Source of the DNA: Synechococcaceae cyanobacterium
Lineage (GTDB): Bacteria; Cyanobacteriota; Cyanobacteriia; PCC-6307; Cyanobiaceae
Direction of reading: 5' to 3'
Assembly: GCA_046342735.1 (NCBI GenBank)
Contig: JBKDOZ010000070.1
Coordinates: forward strand, 1 to 45,007
DNA length: 45,007 nt
Shown: in pieces, positions 8,037-17,400 of the stretch
Position numbering within the stretch: position 1 is the first letter of the stretch
Layout of the letters: each line of letters begins with the position of its first letter
Position numbers and translations under genes: made by a program
Notes under the pieces: model-generated
Told to the model about the DNA's origin: nothing
The model's input: only the letters and a program-made list of their open reading frames with translations
Database searches by the model: none

Positions 8037-8481
8037 CCTGAAGCACCTGAACAGTGAGGCCCTGCTCCTCAAAGTGGCTGAAATCCCGATCGAGGCTCAG
8101 CAGCAATACCCCTGCAGCCATCGCGAACGCCGCCAGATAGGCATCCATCCAACGCTTCGGGGCGCTCTGCTCGATCGCGCCCAGCTGGCGCCAATGGCGA
8201 GCCAGCTCGGGCGGCTCATCGATGACATCCACCTGAGGCAGAGCCAAGAACGCCTCCAGCGCCACCCATGCATCGGCATTGGTGGCCTTCGCCACGCCGT
8301 AGGCCGCGGTGATCACCGGCGTGGAGGCCAGCCGCAGAAAGCTCTGCTGGGTGGCCCTGCACCACAAGGCCGGTTCATCGGCGCTTGCCTCATGCAAAAC
8401 ACGACGGGCGGCGCCATGGGCCGGGTGCGCCGCAAAGGCAGCGGCGAGCCAGACATTCACATCAAGAAGGCAGGCCGGCAC
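8014..8481 (-). CDS. vapC: VapC PIN-domain toxin
   Basis: CLLDVNVWLA...HPAH...CRATQQSFLRLAS...WMDAYLAAFA...LLSLDRDF. The last residues run into the hsdR remnant. Confidence 0.92.
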   Translation of the reverse strand: MPACLLDVNVWLAAAFAAHPAHGAARRVLHEASADEPALWCRATQQSFLRLASTPVITAAYGVAKATNADAWVALEAFLALPQVDVIDEPPELARHWRQLGAIEQSAPKRWMDAYLAAFAMAAGVLLLSLDRDFSHFEEQGLTVQVLQVDHRQAQ

Positions 8482-8761
8482 GCTGGCGGTCCTCCTGCAT
8501 CAGCGCCTCCTGTTCCAGGTGCAGCGCAGTCGCCAGATCGATGGGCGGAGTGCTGAAGCCGGGATCGGGCCGAAACAGCGGCATGCCTGAGGCGTCCAGC
8601 TCAACCACCCGGGCAACGAGCTGCGGTGGAGCACCAGGCGAACCATGCAGGCCCTGGCGGATGTAGTCGGCCACCAGCTCCTTGATCGGGCGCCCCTGCT
8701 GCAGGGCCCGCTGCTTCACCTGCTGCATCAGGTGATCGGGGAGGTCGAGGGTCGTCTTCAT
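8462..8761 (-). CDS. vapB: VapB-type RHH antitoxin
   Basis: MKTTLDLPDHLMQQVKQRALQQGRPIKELVADYIRQGL; overlaps the vapC start. Confidence 0.88.
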   Translation of the reverse strand: MKTTLDLPDHLMQQVKQRALQQGRPIKELVADYIRQGLHGSPGAPPQLVARVVELDASGMPLFRPDPGFSTPPIDLATALHLEQEALMQEDRQRAGLPS

Positions 8762-8777
8762 GACTTGGCTCCATCAA

Positions 8778-8805
8778 CCAGAAACCCAGTTTACTGGTTT
8801 CCTGG
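8778..8805. promoter_or_regulatory. Inverted repeat, likely VapBC operator
   Basis: ccagaaacccagt-tt-actggtttcctgg (11/13 arm match), 16 bp upstream of the vapB ATG. Confidence 0.6.
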
Positions 8806-9043
8806 CCCGCCACGACCCCGCCTCCGCAGCCCATCGGCAAGGCCTGAAGGAACGGGGAGGCGTGTTGATGCCCCTGGCGCAAGCCTCTTGATGCGATGCG
8901 GCGGCTTGCGGCTGACCGCGTTCTGCGCGGGGTGGTCTCTGCGGCAGTTCCTGGCATTTGAAGAGTGTCTTACTGATGACTTCACTGCGGCGGGCGCTAA
9001 GATATGGGGTTGGGAATCTGCTCTTTTTTGGCGGGGTTTGCAA

Positions 9044-11410
9044 ATGGCAACACACATTCGGGCTGCGTCGATCAACGAGGCCGACGTGGACAAGCTCTGG
9101 CAGGCCTTCGGTGTATTTGATGCTGATGGCAATGGCGAGATCTCCGTTGATGAGCTGGCCAGCGTGATGCAGTCTCTCGGGCAGAAGGTAAGCCCGAAGC
9201 GATTGCGATCCCTGATTAAGGAGGTGGACCTGGAAGGTTCAGGAACCATCAACTTTGATGAATTCAAGGCCTTGATGATTGCCCACCAGGGGGATCCGGA
9301 AAGTCGCCTCAGGCTGGCCTTTGCCATCTTTGATCAAGATGGCAACGGGCGCATCACAACAGCCGAGCTCCACAGTGTGATGTCGCGGTTTGGGCTGGGT
9401 GAAAGCGAGCTTGAAGCCATGATTCAAGAAGTCGATCTGGATGGGGATGGATCGATTGACTTTGATGAGTTCTGCCAGCTCGTTCCCGATCAAGAGCCGG
9501 TGGATCACCCCAAGGTTGATCTGGCGCCTGCACCCGCGGTCCCGGCTGTTGGCCAAGCCAAGGCCGCCCTCCCCATCCCTGCAGGCAGTGCCAGCAAGGA
9601 TTCGGCCACGCCGGAGCCTGTGGAAAGCCCAGAGTTGCAACGCCTGAGGGCCCTCTTGGCTCGCCATCCGCAGAACGAGCGGCCCAAGGGCACATCGCTT
9701 CTACAGATGCAGATTGGCCTCTTCCGCCTGATCCAGGGAGCCGCCTATCGCTGTTTTCGTGAGAGTTTCTCGGCCAATCACGAAACCCATCTGCAGGTAC
9801 GAAATCTGCCCTATCGCATCACCGACTTTGTTGGTTTTGTCGACACAGCCATCACTCTCTACAAAGGACTGGGCCTTGTGGATCCGCAATGCGAGCCCCT
9901 TCTCGACGCTGTGGTGGCCTCCATTCACGGCGAGGTTGAACGGCTTCAGGAACGGATCGAGAACTGGGCCAGCGTGGAGAAAACCCCTGCAATGCTGGCG
10001 GAGGCTGAGGTGATGCGGGCGGCGCGAAGCAAGTCGGGCAATGCCCGCGAGAAATTTGCGGCGGGGGTGGAATTTGCCATCACGATGACCAAGCAGCGAC
10101 TGTGCCTGGCGGACGTGGTGGATGGTGTGCTGGCCTCCCATGAGCTCAACCGTTTGCGCGAGCAGGAATTGCGACAGGAATTTGCTCCACCCCCAGCCCA
10201 ACAGGATGGCGATCCCACTGCCTACCTGCAGAAATGGAATCGCGTGATCCTCTCTCAGGCCCTGGAAACCGTCGACGGCGCCATGATGCCAGTTGCGTAT
10301 TGGTATGAGGATTTCATGCCCAAGCTGTTGGCGGCCTTCAGCGTCAGCAGCCCCGCGGATATCGAGAGCAATACGGTGGCTGATGAGGCCGCTCTCGATG
10401 CGTGGTTTGCCCAGGCCAAGGCAGCGGGTGAGTTTTCGCACTACGGGCAGGATGTGGACGAGGGTTTTCCGCGCTGCACCGCCGATCAGAAGTTGCGCAT
10501 GAAGCAGGCGTGGCGACTGACCAGCCACTACCTCAATGGTGTGCAAAAAAGAAGGGAGCGGCTTGAGTTTGGCCGGGAGTCCGGCATGCTGTCGCAATAC
10601 GTGTCGTTCTTGGATGTTTATCTCGGTCGCAGTGATGTTAGGGATGCCCAGATGCGCATCAGCTTCCCTTATTACATCGGTCCTGCCGTCTGGCGCTTCT
10701 TCCACACCACCGCCGAGATCGTGGCCAGCCAGCCCGCGGCCGATCAGGCTGCCCTCGTGGCCATGTTCAAGCACTTCTTCAAGCTGTTCGCGGCCCTGTA
10801 CCCCTGCCCCTACTGTCGCCATCACCTCAATGCCTATGTGGTTCAGAATCGCGAGGTGGAGATGTATCCGGTGGAGTATCTGCTGCTCGGGCAGGATGCC
10901 GATCCAAGCAACTTCCTGATGTCCATCGATGAGAAGCTGGCTGCCGTTGCGGATGGTGAGTCGTTGCGGCTGTTTTTGTGGAAGCTGCATAACACGGTTT
11001 CCTCTTCGATCGCGCGATCGGAGGAGTGGTATCACCGCGATGACAAAGCCTTCTATACCACCCGGTATTGGCCCAGCATCGATTCAGAGCTCGCCCGCGC
11101 CCATGCCCTGAAGCAGATCAGCATTGCCACCGATCGCATCATGGCCATCTATGGCCTTCTCAAACCCGTTGCCCGGCTCGCATCGGTGCGTCTGCAACTG
11201 CAGGAGCTCCTGGAGAAGGGCGATCGCGCCAGCCTCGAGCAAGCCTGCGCCATTGCACGCGATCAGATTCAGTCCCTGGAAGAGGCGGTGACCCAGGGAA
11301 GTTTCCTGCAGGACACCTACCGTTTTGATCCGGATCTTGTCGATGAGGCTCCTGCCTTCACCCCCGATGAGGAAGCATTCAGTCGCTCTAATCTGTTTAT
11401 TGAGGTTTAG
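9044..11410 (+). CDS. Calmodulin-like four-EF-hand protein fused to an Erv1/Alr-type sulfhydryl oxidase domain (788 aa)
   Basis: EF loops DADGNGEISVDE, DLEGSGTINFDE, DQDGNGRITTAE, DLDGDGSIDFDE. C-terminal GPAVWRFFHT...LYPCPYCRHHL...LWKLHNTV. Start taken as ATG 9044 because the extension to 8645 overlaps vapB antisense. Confidence 0.88.
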   Translation: MATHIRAASINEADVDKLWQAFGVFDADGNGEISVDELASVMQSLGQKVSPKRLRSLIKEVDLEGSGTINFDEFKALMIAHQGDPESRLRLAFAIFDQDGNGRITTAELHSVMSRFGLGESELEAMIQEVDLDGDGSIDFDEFCQLVPDQEPVDHPKVDLAPAPAVPAVGQAKAALPIPAGSASKDSATPEPVESPELQRLRALLARHPQNERPKGTSLLQMQIGLFRLIQGAAYRCFRESFSANHETHLQVRNLPYRITDFVGFVDTAITLYKGLGLVDPQCEPLLDAVVASIHGEVERLQERIENWASVEKTPAMLAEAEVMRAARSKSGNAREKFAAGVEFAITMTKQRLCLADVVDGVLASHELNRLREQELRQEFAPPPAQQDGDPTAYLQKWNRVILSQALETVDGAMMPVAYWYEDFMPKLLAAFSVSSPADIESNTVADEAALDAWFAQAKAAGEFSHYGQDVDEGFPRCTADQKLRMKQAWRLTSHYLNGVQKRRERLEFGRESGMLSQYVSFLDVYLGRSDVRDAQMRISFPYYIGPAVWRFFHTTAEIVASQPAADQAALVAMFKHFFKLFAALYPCPYCRHHLNAYVVQNREVEMYPVEYLLLGQDADPSNFLMSIDEKLAAVADGESLRLFLWKLHNTVSSSIARSEEWYHRDDKAFYTTRYWPSIDSELARAHALKQISIATDRIMAIYGLLKPVARLASVRLQLQELLEKGDRASLEQACAIARDQIQSLEEAVTQGSFLQDTYRFDPDLVDEAPAFTPDEEAFSRSNLFIEV

Positions 11411-11454
11411 TGTGAGGGGCGTGTCTGCGTCGTAACCCCGCCCCCATGGCCCCA

Positions 11455-14400
11455 TCACGGCCTCTTGGCGGGAACCGTTGGAGATGCGGTGGCTCCACCT
11501 GAACGGGTGGGTCTGCGTTTCGGGGGGGGCACGGGTGCCGCGTTGTCCACGATCTGGAGGATCGTGGACATGGTGTCGACCATCCCCAGGGGCAGCCCAT
11601 CGTGACTGACCAGGGCGATGACCTCGCCGCGGTAGTACAAGGCGCCGTCCAGCAGAGTGAAGTCGGCGAGCGTGGCACCGGGGAAGCGATCCCGCAGGGC
11701 CAGGAAGCGATCCCGTTCCGCCACGGAGAAATCGACCACAGCGTCTACCCCCTGACCCGTGGGGGCGGGGCGAAGCACGAAGCTGTCGGCCCCCACGCGA
11801 CCAACGATTCGATCGGCCGCATCGGCCGGGGTCAGCAGGTCGTTGGCGGCGCTGCCCACAAGCGTCATCGGGGCAGTCGCTGCCGACCCCTGCCCGGGGG
11901 CCACGATCGCCACCGTGGCGCTGGCGGCCTCGGGATCCAGCTTGTAGCTGCCGCCCACGGCCACCAGACTCACCACCAGGTTGGAGGCGCCGGCGAGCTC
12001 CCGCGGAACCTGGATCGCGACCGTGCTGCGTGTCATTCCGGCGGCGATTGTGAGCTGCTGGCCCCCGGCCGCCACGCGGTCGTCGCCCAGACGGCTGCCG
12101 GCCGGCGCTTCGATGAACAGCTGCACCGTCAACCCCTGATCCGGCGCGGGTTGGCTGAGCTCCAGAGTCAGCAGGGCGGTGCCGCCGGCCAGCACCGATG
12201 GCGACTGGGTCTGCAGCCTGACCCACTCGTCACCCCTGGGCGCTGTGGGGGGCACGCCTCCCTGCGCCAGGCTGGTGGTGAGCTCCGCCAACCAGGCCGC
12301 AGCCGTGCTTTCGCCGCTCAGCAGCCGCACCCAGCGATCGCCCAGCTGCAGCAGCAGGGTGGTCTTGATCGCCGCCGACGCCGCGAGCAGGGTGCGGGCG
12401 CGGGCGCCATCCCCGCTTGCGCTGTCGGCCAGGCCTTCGAGGCGGTCGTAGGCCTCCGCCAGCCGCTGGTAGCCGCTGAGTAGGGCCCGGTGCAAGGCTC
12501 GATCGCCCGTGGGATCGAATCGATCGAGCACCGCTGCCAGCAGCGCCAGCTGCGCCTCGCGTCGTGCCAGCGCGCTGGCACCATCGGCCAGCGCGGCTGC
12601 CAGCACCGGTGCGATGGCCGTCACCGCCGCCGCCAGCCGCTCGGCTTCCTGGGCCGGGCTCAGCTGAGCGCGCTGCGCCAGCGGGGCCATGCACAGCAGC
12701 AGCGCCGTGATCCTGGCGTGGCTGAAGGCCTGCCGCAGCGCTCGCGGTCCATCGCTATCCAACGACTTGTAGGGATCAAAGTCGGCGAGTTTGGGATCCC
12801 CACTGGTGAGGACCGCCCCGAAGGATCGCTCCACGGCCTGGATCCGCTCGTTGTTCACACCGCCCAGCTGCAGCAGGTTGGCCAGGGTGGTAAGGGGGGT
12901 AAGGGCTCCCGCACCGGCCCTGCCCACCAGACGCAACCCCTGCAGCGATTGGCCGGTGAGGGAATCGATGCCGCCGCGACTCACCAGCAACCCGTGGCCA
13001 TCGCCCCCCGCGGGCACCGCAAGCCGGAAGGTGCCGTCGGCACGGGTCTGGGCCAGAGGTTCCTGCTTTTGGTGGATCCAGTCGCCATTGCTTTCGAGCC
13101 ACACCGCGGCGCCGACCACGGGAGAGGTTTCCACAAGACCGGTCTGGCTCACCACCCCGTCGAGGTTCAGCAGGTTGAGCAGCTGCGCGGTGGGCGTCAG
13201 GATGGTGGCACCGGCTGGAGGCTGGCCGGAATTGACGTTGCCGGCGCTGGCCTGGTTGGGGCTGCTGGCGATGACCGCCTGCAGAGCTGTGGCCAAAGGA
13301 CGGCCCGGGCCGCTGGCCGGTTGGACTTTGGTGCCGCTGGGGGCCCCATGGAACTGGGCCAGGACCGTGGCCAGATCCACATCGGCCGCATTCACCCCGG
13401 CCGGAAGAACGGCGGCGGCCAGGTTGGCGGCCGTGATCGCCATGGCGGACGACTGCAGGCTGATCAGCCCCTGGGGCAAGGAGCTGCCGGCCTGGGGCAG
13501 GGCGGTGAACTGATACAGCCCACGGCTCGGGTCGTAATGGGTAATGAGTTGCCCGCTGCTGTCGAGCGTGTAGGCAACCCCGGCGGCATCCTCCAGAAGC
13601 TGGCTCTCCGCTCTGTAGGGGTGGTAGAGCGGCACGCTGGGCTGGCCCGTCCCTGTGGCGTTGGATTGCAGGAAAGCCAGGCTCTGGAAGGGGAACTGGC
13701 TCTGGTTGGGATGGAAGGTGGTCGTGGTCAGTCGCAGGCCGGAGTCGCTTGCCAGGTTGAGGGTGTCGGCCGTGATCAGCGGCAGCGATGGCAGAGCTTC
13801 AGCACTGGCGAGATTCAGCCAGGCCAGTGACACCGTTCCGTCGCTGCCGCTGGCGTCTGATCCGGCCGTGAGGGTGAGCGCCGATGCATCGCTCTGCAGC
13901 ACACCGCCCGCCAGGGACAGGCTGGAGCCGGCCTGGAGGTTGGTGCTGCGATCGGTGTTGATCTGAAGCAAATTGCCGGCCAGAAGCCCAATCGCAGAGC
14001 CCTGGAGAGCCGCCGGATCGGTGACCAGAAGCGAACCCTGGGCGGCGTTGACCTGCAGATTCCCCTGGGCGATCAGGCTGCCCAGGCTCAGCTGGGTGGG
14101 GTCGCTGCTGGTCACCGCGATCGCCCCACCGCTGCTGGCGCTCAATTGGCGCAGCTGGGCAGCGTCCAGGGTGATCGCCCCGCCGGCCGCGGCCACCACC
14201 GACCCGAAGCTGTTGGCAGGGCCTGTGCTGGCACCGCTCGCGGTGCTGATGCTGCCCGCCGTTGCGACCAGCTGCAGCGTGCTGGTGATGCTCTGCTCCA
14301 CCCCTGCCAGGGTGATGCTGCCGCTGCCTGTCGTGAGGCTCACATCGCCGCTGGCTTGCAGGTGGTTCACGAGCAGATCGCCGCTGCCGCTCAGCGTGAG

Positions 14401-17400
14401 GCTGCCCGCCTCGCCAGCGATCAAGGAGAGGCTGGTGGCGCCACTGCCCTGCTGGCTCACCGTCAGCTCCTGATTGCTGGCGAGGCTCAGGGTTGGGCTG
14501 TTCACCAGGAACTGGCCTCCGCCGAAGCTCTCCAGGCTCAGGTTCCCGGCCTGAAGCAGCACGCCGCTGGCATTCACCGCCTCGCTGCCGGTGAGCCGCA
14601 AGCGCAGCTCATGGCCCACCGACACAGCGGTGGGGGCCAGGCTGCCGGCGTCGATCGACAGGTTGCTGAGGCGGCCGTCGATCAGCGTGGTGGAGGCGAC
14701 GCTGCCGGAGACCTGCAGCGCGCCGGTGGTGCTCAGCCCCAGGTTGTCGATGCCGCTGAGGGCCTCCAGCACGATCCCCTGATCGTTGCCGGGGGCTGTG
14801 GTGCTGTTGGTGCCGCCGCTGATCACCAGATCGGTGGGGTCGCCGCTGGCGTCGCCACTGATCTGGATCTGCAGCCAGCCTCCACTGCCGCCCGCGGAGC
14901 TGGAGAAGCTGCTGGTGCCGTTGCGGGCACTGATCGACTGCACCTGGGTGCTCACCGTGCCGTCCACCGGCAGCACCAGGGCGCCGCCGCTGAGGCTGAG
15001 GCTTTCCACCGGCGCGATGGAATCGAGCAGGGTGAGGGTGCCGCTGCCCGCATCGAGACCCAGGGAGGTGGCAGGCGCCTGGTTGGCGGCCACCGCCGCC
15101 AGGGGGCCATTCACCGTGATGGCGGCGGCCTGCACCTGCGGAGCCGAGCCCATCAAGGTGAGGCCTTGGGCCGCCCCGGGGGAAGCGGAGGCGGAGCCGA
15201 GCTGCAGGCTGCCGGCGCTGCGGATCCTGGGGCTGTCCCCAGCGGCGGAGCCGCTGGATACCACGGTGCCGGCGAGTTGACTGCTGGCGCCGCTGTCGGT
15301 GCTGGTGAGGGTCACGCTGCGACCCCGCAGGCTGGCGAAGGCCTGGGGCTGGCCGCTGGCCACCGGTGCGGCGGCCAGCCCCACCAGGGGCACGGTGGTG
15401 GTGGTGTAGATCGTCTGCTCCACCTTCCGGGGGAGCAGCTGTTGCTGCACCTGCAGCCCAGGGGTCTGGGTGAGCTGGTACACCGGTTGGATCTGGTTGA
15501 TCGGCTGGCTGGCGCCGGTCACCGCGAAGGCGAGGTTCTGGCGGCCGTCGGCCACCGCAAAGGCAATCGAGGTCCAGTCGTAGAGATAGTTGTTGAACAC
15601 CTCTCGCACATCGCCGCTGTTGAGCTGCACCTGGGGCTCCCAGATCGCCGGCGCTTGCACCAGGAAACTGCCCTGGTTGTCGCTGGTTTGACCAACAGGC
15701 ACCGTGGCGAACTGGCCGGCGCCATTGAGGCTGAGGCCGAATCCATCCGCCAGGGTGCTGGCGGAGGTGCTCAGGGCTGGCTGGCCGCTGGCCCAGGGGA
15801 GATTGGGCAGATTCGGCAGGGAGGCGATGCCGGGCAGTGCTGTGGTGGGGCCGGTGGTGCTCCAGGTGCCATCGCTGTCGAGCTGTACGAAGGGCGCGCC
15901 CTGGCTCTGGGTCACTGTGTAACTGCCGAGAGCCCAGGTCGCATCCGACCATTGCGCATCGGTGGTCTTGATGGAGGTATCCCAGCCGGTGCCCTGAAGC
16001 TGGCTCCAGCCGCTGCCGTTGTAGTACTCCATTGCACTACTCCCGAGCCCCACCAGCACGTCGGGAGCACCGGGGAGGTTCCAGCTCACTTCCATGGTGT
16101 TCACAGAGGTGCCCCAGCCGTCGTCCTTCAGTTGGCTCCAGCCGCTGCCGTTGTAGTACTCGACGGCGCCACTGCCGAGGCCCACCACCACCTGGGGATT
16201 GCCGGAGGCTTCCCAGTTCACCGCCATGGTGTTGATGAAGGTGTCCCAGCCGTCGTCCTTCAGTTGGCTCCAGCCGCTGCCGTTGTAGTACTCGACGGCG
16301 CCACTGCCGAGGCCCACCACCACCTGGGGGTTGCTAGAGGAATCCCAGTTCACCGCCATGGTGTTGATGGAGGTGTCCCAGCCGGTGTCCTGAAGCTGGC
16401 TCCAGCTGCTGCCGATTTCACCGCCAGCGTTGGCGTAGGACTCAACAGCTCCACTTTGCAGACCCATGATCGCCTGCTGCAGCTGCACACCTGTGGAACC
16501 GAAGGTGAGGGTGAAATTGCTGTAACCGGTCGGCAGCGAGAGGAGGCCGTTGAAGAGCTGGTCATTGGCGCTGGCGCCGAGATAGTTGCCATAGATCCCC
16601 GGCGTCAGTACGAGCGAGACACCGCTCGCCGGCGACCATGAGAGGGCCTGGCTCACGTTGGCCGTGGTGAATGCGTATTGCGTGGTGTAGGTCTCGGCCA
16701 CTCCCCCGCTGCCTCCCAGCTCCATGGCGATGGTCATCGCATCGTCGGCTCCCCAGCCATCGATGCGCCACCAGTCGAAGCTCGCCTCGGTCATCTCCTG
16801 GGCGTTCAGGGTGGTGCTCTGGGTGACGCTGACCCCCGGTGCGGTGGCGCCCAGGGGGCCCAGCAGGGTGCCCTGGGTGGTGCTCACGGTGGGCAGGGTG
16901 AGGCCTGATGGGCTGCTGCTCCAGTCGTTTGGCACGCCGGCGCTGAAGTTGTCATCGACGATCTCACTGGTGGCGCCCGCGGTGTTGAACGCATCCGCCG
17001 GCTGATTGCTGCTCCAGTTGGCGTAGGGGGAACTGCCGTTGCTGGTGGGCACGTTGCTGCCGTCCACCCACTGCAGCGCTGCCCCTGCCGTGGGGCGGTA
17101 GGCCCCGAGCCAGGCGCCGCTGCCGCCGGCCGGCAGTACCGCCTGGGCGGCGGTGTTCTGGCTGGCCGAGCTGATCACGGCCAGGTCACCGCCCATGGCC
17201 TGGGCTGTGCTGCGCGCTGCGCTCCAGCTGGAGGCGGCAGCGGTGCTCAGCAGAACCGGTGCCGCCGTGCCCCAGCTGTCGCTGATCAGGGTGCCGTTTT
17301 GGAAAGCCCAGATGGTGTTGTTCACCGTGCCGCTGGCGGCCACGGTGGAGCCCTGCACGGCCGCCACGGCGCCGTTGGCCAGGGCCGTGGCGGCCGCGCT

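Noticed and set aside
8645-9043. 133-aa N-terminal extension of the EF-hand ORF
   Set aside because: It overlaps vapB and its operator on the opposite strand; the calmodulin-like sequence begins after ATG 9044.
15950-16475. CRISPR array or DGR template/variable repeat pair
   Set aside because: In-frame 132-bp coding repeats with no unique spacers, and no cas or reverse transcriptase gene in the window.
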